The notes under the pieces are model-generated. The model saw only the letters and a program-made list of their open reading frames with translations. It did not search any database and was not told where the DNA came from. Of a stretch of DNA of 64,000 bases, positions 1 to 10,835 are shown in pieces. Location: NCBI RefSeq assembly GCF_963921235.1, contig NC_086097.1:60142001-60206000 (forward strand), in the 5' to 3' direction. The DNA comes from Mobula hypostoma (lineage: Eukaryota). The translations under genes and the position numbers were made by a program. Each line of letters opens with the position of its first letter. The first letter of the stretch is position 1.

Positions 1-90
1 ATTCTTGAAACATGATTTCTAATTACTATAATTACTAACCATTAAGGCAGCTCATCACCATATTCTTCTTAGGCACTTTTATCTCAGGTC

Positions 91-1297
91 AATTAAACCC
101 AAAAATGTAATGTTAGAAAGCTCCACCTGTGGAGGGATGAAAATGAAGTTTACCAAATTTTTAAAAACAGCGGAGTCCTTGGGGAAAAGAAGCTATGCAA
201 GAACAAGGCATGACCATTGCAGGCGTGGGGAAGCAAGAGAAATGCAGCAAACTATTAGAAACTAAAGATATAAACTCTTACAAGTGGAATTAGTAGTGAG
301 TATCTCTGCCCTACTTCCTGAAAATCCTCTGGGTGAGACCACTGGAGAAGAGACCATAGCGATAAAAGGTTTAATGAAGCTATGGCTATAATAAGCAACA
401 GCTATATCGAGACAATATCGGCAGAGGTGTGTGGCCAAGATCTCTACCATGTTACTGGGAATTAGTTCTGTTAAATCATACCAAGGGATTTGGTGAGTTA
501 AAACACTTTCACTGTTCTGAGTGTAGTATTGTAACTGAGAAATTTTTGGAAATGACAATGTGAGTTATTTTGAAGTAGAAAATAGAATGTGTATAAGAAC
601 TTACGGATTGTAACAGGTCAGGTTTTTTTGTGTAAGTTTTGTAAATCTTCTTTCTGTGGATGATCCACTATTTCATCCTAAGAAACAAGACAGCGAGCCA
701 GTGCAAAAATGAAATGCTTAACGATGTAGAGGATTTAATACTGTTGTGGTAAACCATGTATATATGTTGTAACTCGGTTACCTGTCTGGACACACCCCTC
801 TGCTGACTGCCCCTGTGGCTCCTTCTACAGAGTCCTGTATAAAGGTGTTCGTCTTGCCCCTCCCCCTCAGTCTGGGGGCAGACACTCACTGTGGATGTCG
901 TATTGTACAGCAAATAAAAGCCTTTCAGTATTTTTACCAAACCTCAGTCTTTTGGAGTAATTGAAGGTGCTTCAACTGTTGAAGTTTATTTTTCATTTGA
1001 AGGATCTGAATTTGATTTTCTGCAAGAACTGATTATTTTTGCAAAGACTTTGATAAGTTACCGAATGAAATTTACTTTGTTTAAAAGTTGTGATGTTGGA
1101 GATTTTGTTGTGAAGAGTTAAGTTGTGTGTATATATATGTGTGTGTGTATATATATATAGTAAAAATTAGGAAAAGAATTTGGAGACCTACGGAACTGAA
1201 CTGAAACTGAAGTTAACCATAATACTTAAGATTAGGAATTCAATTAGTTTTCTAGCTAACTAGGGATAAATAAAAAGGAGGGCTTAGTCTGTAGACC
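91..1297 (+). repeat. Unclassified LTR-like dispersed repeat, copy A (paralogous to 28270-33548); interrupted by solo LTR 745-974
   Basis: Colinear with 28283-28573 plus 32571-33335. Shared blocks include AGAAAGCTCCACCTGTGGAGGGATGAAAATGA, CAGCAAACTATTAGAAACTAAAGATATAAACT and an identical 78-bp block (991-1068 = 33008-33085). Confidence 0.8.
745..974 (+). mobile_element. Solo LTR (230 bp), Gypsy-type
   Basis: TGTGGTAAACC...GGTGCTTCA termini, perfect 5-bp TSD ACTGT (740-744, 975-979), internal TATAAA and AATAAA. Absent from paralogous copy B. A second copy lies at 2344-2743. Confidence 0.92.
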
Positions 1298-1474
1298 ATA
1301 GCAGTGGGAGGTTCAAAATGTTCTTGAGTACTGCGAGTTGGTTGGCACAAGTTTTCAGAGACTTACCAGGTAACAAATAAGTTCTTCCTGGGCTTCCAGC
1401 TGGGTATAGCTATCAATTATAACCAACTTTTTGATGACAAACTCTCCCATCTTTTTCAGATTCCTGAAGAGATG

Positions 1475-1715
1475 CTAATGACTTTTCCTTTGTAGGAAGT
1501 GATGTCTTGCAAATGCTGCCAGAGTTATCGTGTATCCATTGTCACGTCCAACTCTGCTCGAACTTCTTCTTTGCTCTTGAAAGTCATACCTGCTTGTCTT
1601 GTACAGACCTGGATCACCACACTTAAATGCCACAGATCTAACCCCCAGTAGAAGAAGTACATCCTGGTTCATCTACACCTTTTGGTTCGTGAATGTAACA
1701 TCTGGTACTTTTGCC
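1475..1715 (-). mobile_element. Rex1/Babar-like LINE internal fragment
   Basis: MNQDVLLLLGVRSVAFKCGDPGLYKTSRYDF, followed in another frame by a degenerate DTR*LWQHLQDITSYKGK, matches the linker upstream of the Rex1-type RT. Confidence 0.65.
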
Positions 1716-2343
1716 CAGTACAGTGTGTACTTTGATAATAAATTTACTTTGAACATTGAACTTTTTCCATGTTAGAATAGCTAATTCAATTTATATATTT
1801 CATCTCTAAAAACAATGACATCTACTAGATTGTGGGACTCTTCCAGTCAAAGAGGTCAGTCAGGCCGCTTTATGTCACAAAATATCGTGCTATTCTGATG
1901 TTACATCTGCTGGTTCCATCTATTATCTAGAAACTGTGAATCTGTTACTGCATTGTCAGAACAATTGAGGCAACATTGCTAAAGGCTTCATAGATATGCT
2001 GATTGCAAATGTGACAATGATATAGTATAAACTGGTGCAAATTTGCCTCCAAATCCATGGTGTAATTAAAGCAGAATATGTTATCTACTGTATCAAGCAC
2101 TCTCCACAATATTCTGCACTTCAAAAATCTTGCTTAATTACTTTCAACTCAATGTTTACATAAAAAGTTTTACAATGACTTTACATTAAAGACTAGAAGA
2201 AAATCAATTATGCCTCTTTGAATGTTAGACCATAAGACCATAAGATATAGGAGCAGAATTAGGCCATCTGGCCCATCGAACCTGCTCTGCCATTCAATCA
2301 TGGCTGATCCTCTTCTTGCCCCTCTTCAACCCCAGTTCCCGGC

Positions 2344-2743
2344 TGTGGTAAACCATATATATATGTTGTAAACAACAGGAATTCTGCAGATGCTGGAAAT
2401 TCAAGCAACACACATAAAAGTTGCTGTTGAACGCAGCAGGCCAGGCAGCATCTCTAGGAAGAGGTGCAGTCGACGTTTCAGGCCGAGACCCTCCGAAGCC
2501 TGGCCTGCTGTGTTCACCAGCAACTTCTATATATGTTGTAACTGGGGTAACTGTCTGGACACGCCCCTCTGCTGACTGCCCCTGTGGCTCCTCCCACAGA
2601 GTCCTGTATAAAGGTGTTTCGCCTTGCCCCTCCCCCTCGGTCCGGGGGCAGACACTCACTGTGGAGGCCGCATTGTACAGCGAATAAAAGCCTTTCAGTA
2701 TTTTACCAAACCTCGGTCTTTTGGAGTAATTGAAGGTGCTTCA
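2344..2743 (+). mobile_element. Solo LTR (same family as 745-974) inserted in the CR1 3' UTR and itself interrupted at 2372-2527
   Basis: TGTGGTAAACC...GGTGCTTCA termini and perfect 5-bp TSD CCGGC (2339-2343, 2744-2748). Confidence 0.92.
2372..2527 (-). mobile_element. Miniature Penelope-like (pLTR-derived) insertion with internal inverted repeat
   Basis: Homologous to the 3' terminal repeat of the PLE at 25650-25770. Flanked by a 14-bp duplication TATATATGTTGTAA (2358-2371, 2528-2541). Arms 2418-2446 and 2498-2526 are near-complementary. Confidence 0.8.
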
Positions 2744-4289
2744 CCGGCCACCTCCTTGTAGCCTTTTAGGCCATGTCCAATCAAGAACCGATCAAACTCT
2801 GCCTTAAAAACACCCAACAACTTGGCCTCCGCAGCTGCATGTGGCAACAAATTCCACAAATTCACCACCCTTTGGCTAAAGAAATTACTCCGCAGTCTTT
2901 GTATTGAAAGGGCGCCCTTCTATCCTGAGGCTATGCTCTCTTGTCCAAGACTCTCCCACCATGGGAAATATCCTTTCCACATCCACTCTGTTTAGGCCTT
3001 TCAGCATTTGATCCCCACTCATCCTTCTGAATTCCAGTGAGTACCGACCCAGAGCCATCAAACATTGGTCGCACGATAACCCTTTCATTCCTGAAATCAT
3101 CCTTGTGAACCTCCTCCGGACCCTCTCCAATGCCAGCACATCTTTTCTAAGATGAGGAGCCCAAAACAGTTCACAATACTCAAGGTGAGGCCTCACCAGT
3201 GCCTTATAAAGCCTCAGAATGACATCTTTGTTTTTGTATTCTAGACCTCTTGAAATAAATGTTGACGTGGCATTTGTCTTCCTCACCACCGACTCAACCT
3301 GCAAGTTAACCTTTAGGGTGTTCTGCACAAGGACCTCCAAGTCCCTTTGTATCTCAGACTTTTGGATTTTCTCCCCGTTCAGAAAATAGTCTACATATTT
3401 ATTTCTACTATCAAAGTGCATGACCATGTATTTTCCAACATTATATTTCATTAGCCACTTTCTTGCCTATTCACCTAATCTGTCTAAGTCCTTCTGCATC
3501 CTACCTGTTTCCTCAAGACTACCTGTCCTTCCACCAATCTTCGTATCATCTGCAAACTTGGCAAAAAGCTATCCATTCCATCATCTAAATCATTTATATA
3601 CAGTATAAAAAGAAGTGGTCCCAACACCAACCCCTGCGGAACACCACTAGTCACTGTCAGCCAACCAGAAAAGGATCCTTTTATTCCCACTCTCTGCCTC
3701 CTACCAATCAGCCAATGCTCTTACCAAGTTAGTAACGTTCCTGTAATACCATGTACTCTTAACTTGGTAAGCAGCCTCATGAGTGGTACCTTGTCAAAGG
3801 CCTTCTGAAAGTCCAAATATACAATATCCACTGCATCCCCTTTATCCATCCTACTTTTAATCTGCTTGAAGTATTCCAATAGGTTCGTCAGGCAGGATTT
3901 TCCTTGAAGGAAACCATGCTGACTTTGTATTATCTCGTCCTGTATCACCAAGTACACCATCACCTCATCCTTAACAATTGACTCCAACATCTTCCCAACC
4001 ACTGAGGCAGGCTAACTGTTCTATAATTTCCTGACTGCTGCCTTCCTCCTTTCTTAAAGAGTGCAGTGGTATTTGCAATTTTCTAGGTCTCTGGCACCGT
4101 GCCAGAGTCCATTGATTTTTGAAAAATCATTTCTAATGCCACCACTATCTCTAAAGCTACCTCTTTTAGAACCCTAGGGTGCAGTTCGTCTGGTCCAGGT
4201 GACACATGTACCTTTAGGTCTTTCAGTTTTTTGAACACCTTCTCTCTTGTAATAGTATCTGCACCTACTTCTCTTCCTTCAAGACACTA

Positions 4290-4875
4290 GCAGTATGCCT
4301 GATGAAAACCATCCTGACCAACAGCGCTACAGTGTGGTATGTCAGCTGCACAGCCGCTGAGCGACAAGACCTGCATCGCGCGGTGAAGGCGGCCCAGCGA
4401 ATTGTCAGGGTGGAGCTCCCAGGACTGGACACCATCTATTCCAGCAGACTCAAGAGGAAAGCACTCAGCATAACCAGAGACACCACACACCCCGGCCACT
4501 CCCTGTTTGACCCGCTGCCGTCCAGCAAAAGGTTCAGGACTCTAAAAGCCAGAACAAATAGACTGAGGAACAGCTTCTATCCCAGAGCTGTGGCCTCCAT
4601 CACACCACTCCCACAGAACAATGACTGAAACTGTGAGCACACACATGCATACACAAGGACTCAAATACTTGCACTAATGGCATTTTGTGCATTACTGTGA
4701 TATTCTGTGCTGCTGCAACTTATTTTCTGCTACTTATCTATTTAATACTGTTTTTCTATTACTGTCTTGTTTTTATCTACCGCTTTATTTAATTGCCTAA
4801 CAAGAAGCCAAACAGAGTTTAATTGTACCTATGTATAATGATAATAAAGATCATTCATTTATTCATTCATTCATT
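4290..4875 (+). mobile_element. Rex1/Babar-like LINE 3' fragment with (CATT)n tail, inserted in CR1
   Basis: ORF 4302-4628 has HPGHSLFDPLPSSKRFRTLKARTNRLRNSFYPRAV (DUF1891-type C-terminus). It is followed by a 3' UTR, AATAAA and a (CATT)n tail. Confidence 0.8.
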
Positions 4876-5795
4876 TACTTTGGTCAACTCCTCTCTCATA
4901 CCACTATAACTTCCTTTACTCCACTGAAATACTGCTACATTAGACTTTACTTTCTCCCTATCTAATTTCAAGTTAAACTCAATTCTGTTGTGATCACTGG
5001 TTCCTATGGGTTCTTTTACCTTGAGCTCCCTAATCACCTCTGGTTCATTACATAATACCCAATCCAGTAAGCTGATCCCCAGTAGGCTCAACAACAAACT
5101 GCTCTAAAAAGCCATCTCTTAGGCATTCAACAAACTTACTCTCTTGAGATCCATTACCAGTCTGATTTTCCCAATTGACCTGCATATTAAACTCTCCCAT
5201 GACTATCATAACATTGCCCTTTTGACATGCCTTTTCTATTTCCTGTTGTGATCTGTGGTCCACCTCCCAGCCACTATTGCGAGGCCTGTATATAACTGCC
5301 ATCAACATCCTTTTACGCTTGCAGTTTCTTAACTCAACCCACATAGATTCAACATCTTCTGATCCTATGTCACATCTTTCTACTGACTTGATGCCATTCT
5401 TTACCAGTAGAGCCACATCACCCCTTCTGCCTACCTTCCTATCCCTCCATTATAACGCATATGCATAACCTTGGACATTCAGCTCCTAACTACAATCATC
5501 CTTCAGCCATGATCCAGTGATGGCTACAACATCATACCTGGCAATCTGTGATATTGCAACAAGATCATCCACCTTATTTCTTATACTACGTGCATTTAGA
5601 TACAGCACCTTGAGTATTGTATTTGTTATCCTTTCTGATTCTGTGTCCCTAATGTTTTGATACTCAGCCTATTGGCTGCAACTAAGTCCCATCACCTGCC
5701 TGCCCTTCCTGATAGTCTGACTGCACGCTATCCTTACTTATTTAACATCCATCCTTACTGAGCCCCTTCACTCCAGTTCCGACTCCCTTGCCAAA

Positions 5796-6600
5796 TTAGT
5801 TTAAACCCTCCCTAACAGCCCTAACAAACCTGCCCGCGAGAATGTTGGTCCCACTTGGGTTCAGGGGCAATCCGTCACTTTTGAACAGGTCATACCTCCC
5901 CCTGAAGAGAACCCAAAGATCAAAGAACCTGAAGCTCTGTCCCCTGCACCAGCTTCTCAGCCACACATTTATCTGCCATATCATCCTGTTTCTACCCTCA
6001 CTGGCATGTGGCACAGGCAGCAATCCAGAAATTACTACCTGGGATGTCCTGATTCTCAGCTTTCTACCTAGCTCTCTAAATTCTCTTTTCAGGACCTCTT
6101 TGCATTTCTTTCCTTTGTCATTGGTACCAATATGTACCAAGGCCTATGGCTGCTCTCCCTCCATCTCCAAAATGTTGTGGACGCCATCTGAGACGCCCTT
6201 GACCCTGGCACCTGGGAGGTAACATCCCATCCGAGTGTCCCGTTCACACCCACAGAATCCCCTCACTATCGAGTCCCCTATCACTACCATTCCCTTCTTC
6301 TCTCTCTTTCCCTTTGGCACCACAGACCCATGCGCAGTGCCAGGAAACCAGTTTCCATGGCATTCTCCCGGGTGGTCATCCCCCACAAAAGTATCCAAAG
6401 CCATATACTTATTTTTGAGGGGAATGGCCACAGGTGTGCTCTGCTCTAACTGCCTATTTCCATTTCTCCTGACAGTCACCCAGTAACTCACCTCCTGCAA
6501 ATTCCGGGTGACTACTTCCCTGTAACTTTGATCAATTATCTCCTCACTCTCCCGTACAAGCAAGGGTCATCCAGATGCTGCTCCAGATCCCTAACATGGT
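5796..6600 (-). pseudogene. CR1 ORF1 with SGNH/GDSL esterase domain (disrupted)
   Basis: VIGDSIVRG, HIGTND and DGLPLN motifs split over ORFs 6144-6563 and 5796-6140; paralogous to 28629-29465. Confidence 0.85.
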
Positions 6601-6984
6601 CTTCAAGGAGCTGCTGCTGAATGCATTTCATGCATAGGCAGTTCCCTAGGAGACTCTGGCACTCCCAGTTCTCCAACATCCGGCATGAAGAGCACACCAC
6701 AGCTATTTAGATGGTACAGTGAGAGAGGAAAAAAAAACAAAAGGAAACCTTAACAGATGCTTAACACAGAGCCGAGGCATCTTTTGAGCCAAAACCTGTC
6801 GTTTCTACTCTCGCCACTGGCCTACTCCCGACATTGACCTCTCCGCTTTTCACTTCTGTACTTTTATTTAGTCCATAGAGATCTGTTGACGCCGCTGATA
6901 GGCCCCGTACAATGGACAAATGCCTGCAAAGCTCTCTTTTTAAATAATCGCCACCAATCTGTGAGAACCACCTCTTCTTCGTAG

Positions 6985-7125
6985 AACGCAAACAACAGGA
7001 ATTCTGCAGATGCTGGAAATTCAAGCAACTGACGACGGGTCTCGGCCTGAAACGTTGACTACACCTCTTCCTAGAGATGCTGCCTGGCCTGCTGCGTTCG
7101 CCAGCAACTTTTATGTGTGTTGCTG
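6985..7125 (+). mobile_element. Miniature Penelope-like pLTR insertion with inverted terminal segment
   Basis: 6989-7028 is the reverse complement of the pLTR 3' end and is fused to a sense pLTR starting at CTGACGA (7029). Flanked by TTCTTCGTAG / TTCTTCATAG (6975-6984, 7126-7135). Confidence 0.78.
7029..7060 (+). ncRNA. Minimal hammerhead ribozyme core (5' strand of stem I missing)
   Basis: CTGACGA-CGGGTCTCGGCCT-GAAAC-GTT-GACT fits the CUGANGA...GAAA...NUH core. Confidence 0.55.
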
Positions 7126-9029
7126 TTCTTCATAGTGCTCTGTTGATGCCGCTGATGGGCCCCGTGTTAAAAAAGGAATGGAATTTTATGCACCACTTAA
7201 AGTGCCCACATTCTACAGTTGCATAAGGTGGTTTCACTCTGTTGGATACTTGTGTTCTCGTTATCCTGTACTTAGAAAATGACATTTAAAACATAAATAT
7301 CTCTTCATGTCATGGTACAATGGTTTTGCATTCTGTCATAGTAAAAGCAATATGCAAATACATTTTAACTGATCATTTACATGAAGCATTGAATTACTGG
7401 AAAAAAAATTCCGTGTGAAAAGACTCAGGACTATATTTCCCTCGGGTTCCTTTTAGCTTGTTGCTTCTTGACCTCTGCTGAGAATACAACTTTGCTCACA
7501 TGCCGTATGCAGATAAGAGCAGGATCTATCCCAGGGCAGCACCTAGATTAATCTAATGAAATAAAATACAAATCTGCATTAACATCATGCCTTTAACAAT
7601 CACACCCTACCCAAAGTTCTTTACAGCTATTAGAGTGCTCTTAAAGCATAGACAGAGAACCGTTGGAGTTGTTACATTACAGAAGGAGGTCATGTATTCT
7701 AACAATCAATGGATAATCAGTCAGTTCCTTTCTCCTGGTCTTTATGTGTAATTGTTTTCTTCTCTCATATATGCCTGCTTCCCTTCTGGAATCTATAACT
7801 GAAGCTGTCTCTATCATCCTGTCAGGCAGTGAACTCCAGAGTGCCAACACTCATTTTTTGAAAGTGATTTTTCTGATGTTACTTATAGCTCTCAAATGGC
7901 ACAGGATGTGCATACATGGAGATTGACTGCTCTGTTATTTTCTGTTGAATGTGAACTAAAATTCAGAAATCCTCTCAGATTAACAGCCCCTTAGCCTTTA
8001 TTTAGCTGGTAAATAGGAATTTAATTCAATAATTATTATATTAGTCTTTATTACCCATATTGTTTCTATTTAATCAATGTGATAAATAACAACTATTCTC
8101 TTCTTTGAGTTTTCATTGTTAATTTATCCCCCAGCCCCACTTTTGAAAGTCAAATGAAGGATGTGAACATCACTGTTGCAGTGTGGATACTGTAGCAACT
8201 TATTTTCTCTCAGTATGCACCAGAAAATGGAGAGACTATTGTGGCATTCATTCTGCCTTCCTGCTTCAATTTGCATCATTGAATCAAATGCCCACTTCAC
8301 CTTGAAGAGGCGTAGAAGGCTATTAAATGTCATCATTGCTGCCTGATTTCTCCAATCCTGCCAGATTAGTGAGGGGCCAATGAGCAGCACAAAGGACATG
8401 ACAGCTTGTCAATCATAATAAAATGATGGTGCTTCTCAGAGACATCACTGAGGCCTAGACTGCTTTCCATGTCTGCTCAGCCCATGAAAAGAAGATAATA
8501 TACTGTTTTTGTATGTTCAACATTGATACTGTCATTAAATTAAGATATAATCAGGGTCTATGTTGTTTAAGTTAAGTTGTGTGCCTCAGATAAATTAGTT
8601 TGAAGTATGGTATGAATTTTATCCACACATTTCAAATCAATTGATGCTTCCTTTTAAGGAAAACAACCTAATCCTAGACTCAGTACTCTTTTATTGCAAT
8701 TGATACATAAATGCTATATGTGGAATGAATGATAAAGTTTAATTTTATCTTCATTATTTCCACATTATCCAGTTTAAGTGGATAATGCTGTGGTCTTTTT
8801 CTTATAATATTTTGAGGCAACAAAATTGGTTTTCATCCCAATGTAGAGAAAAGTTTGATCGAGATGGGATCACAAAGAGGCAAAGTGAATTAAAAACAGA
8901 AAATTTTCTTTAATGAATGGACTTGTGTTGATTTTTCCTGTCAATCTGAGAATCATGTCATTTTTACTTTGATAGTTTTCAAAAGTAGATTTAAGTATGC
9001 AAACTACCATAGCGCAACTTGAAGTACTT

Positions 9030-10690
9030 AGCTTATGGAGGCGCCTTCATGAGCTCCCAAAGCCCTGATACCCCTGTTATTTCTGAGGCCAACATGAGAG
9101 CATCTTTCAGGAGGTGAACACACAGAAAGCATCTGGCCCGGATGGGCTACCTGGCTGAGTACTGAAGATCTCCAGCTGATCAACTGGCTGGAGTGTTTAC
9201 TGATATCTTTAACATTGCGCTTCAGCAGAATGTGGCACCTTGAAGCAGGCTTCAATTATACTAGTGCCCAAGGAGAACATGGCAACCTGTCTCAATGCCT
9301 ACCGTCCTGTAACACTTCCATCCATTGTAATGAAGTACTTTGAGAAGTTGATGAAACATATCAACCCCTGACCGAAGAGCGAATTTGGTCCACTCCAATT
9401 TGCCGACCATCACAAGTTGACAGCAGGTGCCATTTTATTAGCTTTTCATTTAACCCTGGAACATCTGGACAGTGAAGATGCATACATCAGGAGATTTTTC
9501 ATTGACTACAACTCAGTATTCAATATGAGTATCCCCTCAAAACTAATCTCTAAGCTCTAAGACCTAAGCCTCAATACCTCCTTGTGCAACTGGATCCTTG
9601 AGTTCCTCACTTTCAGACTCCAGTCAGATTGGATTGGCAACAACATCTCCTCCACAATCACCAGCAGCATAGGCTGTGTGCCTAGACCTCTGCTGTACTC
9701 ACTTTATACTTGTGACTGTGGGGCTAAGCAACACTCCAATCCCAATGCCAATTTTAAGTTTGCTAAAGACACCTTTGTTGACGGCTGCATCAAACGTAGT
9801 GATGAATCAGCTGAGTGGTGACACAATAACAACCTCTTACTCAATATCAGCAAGATCAAGGAGCTGACTATTGACTTCAGGAGGAGCAACTCTGAGGTCC
9901 ATGAGCCATTCCTCATCAGAGAATCAGAGCTGGGGAGAGTCAGCAACCTTGAATTCCTTGGTGTCATCACTTCAGGGGATCTGTCCAGAACGTAAGTGTC
10001 ATTACAAAGAAAGCACAGCAGTGCCTGTACTTTCTTAGAAGTTTGCAAAGATTTGACATGTCAAATTTGACACATTTCTATAGATATGCGATGGAGAGTA
10101 TATTGACTAGTTGCATCACGGCCTGGTACGGAAACACCAATGCCCTTGAACAGTAAAGCCTACAAAAGGTAATGGATGCGGCATCATGGTTAAAGTCCTC
10201 CCTAGCACTGAGCACATCCAGAAGAAGCGGTCTCACAGGAAAGAAGCATCCATCTTCTAGGAGCCCCGCCGTCCAGGGCATGCATGACTTTCACTGCTGC
10301 CATCAGGAAGGAGGCACAGAAGCCTCAGGACTCACACCACCAGGTTCAGGAATAGTTATTACACCCCAACCATCAGGCCCTTGAACCAGAGGGGATAACT
10401 TCACTCACCCCAATACTGAACAGTTCCTACAACCTATCAATTCACTTCTAAGGACTCTTTATCCGATGTTCTTAATATTTATTGCTTACTTATTTATTAC
10501 CTAATTTTCTTTGCTTTTTTTTCTTTAGTATTTGTATGTTGCGTTGTTTTCACATTGCTTGATTATATTTGTGTGTGGTTTTTCATTGATTCAATTGGGT
10601 TTCTTTATATTTACTGTGAATACCTACAAAAAAATAAATCTCATGGCAGTATGTGGTGACATATATGTAATTTGATAATAAATTTACTTG
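9030..10690 (+). mobile_element. Rex1/Babar-like LINE, 5'-truncated and decayed
   Basis: [33 protein letters not shown] and FKFAKDT remnants, DUF1891-like end, and 3' terminus TTTGATAATAAATTTAC. Confidence 0.8.
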
Positions 10691-10835
10691 AGCTTATGGA
10701 TTATGCAGAAATAAGCTGTGTCAGTTGAAGTCAAAAAAAGTCTACTATCTTGTCACTGTATACAGACAAAATCCAGAATAACATTAATTCAGTGAGTTAT
10801 TGAAATAGCTACTCCTCTGAACTGATCACTCCAGA

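Larger units (their letters stand above)
2228..7170 (-). mobile_element. Full-length decayed CR1 LINE (esterase ORF1, APE-RT ORF2, 3' UTR with tail repeat) carrying nested insertions
   Basis: Tail reads GACCATAA repeated on + at about 2228-2245. RT/C-terminal fragments at 2885-4002 (YLDFQKAFDKVP, SGVPQG, RPHLEYC), endonuclease at 4867-5416 (IYRP, SDHN), ORF1 at 5796-6600. 5' UTR has a duplicated CTGTTGAYGCCGCTGATRGGCCCCGT unit (about 6883 and 7140). Confidence 0.9.

Noticed and set aside
745..2743. Two similar LTRs read as the ends of one small provirus or TRIM
   Set aside because: Each LTR has its own distinct TSD, and there is no PBS or PPT between them.
7430..7560. Minus-strand exon after a T-rich acceptor-like tract
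   Set aside because: Frames close quickly, there is no good donor site and the peptide is unrecognisable.
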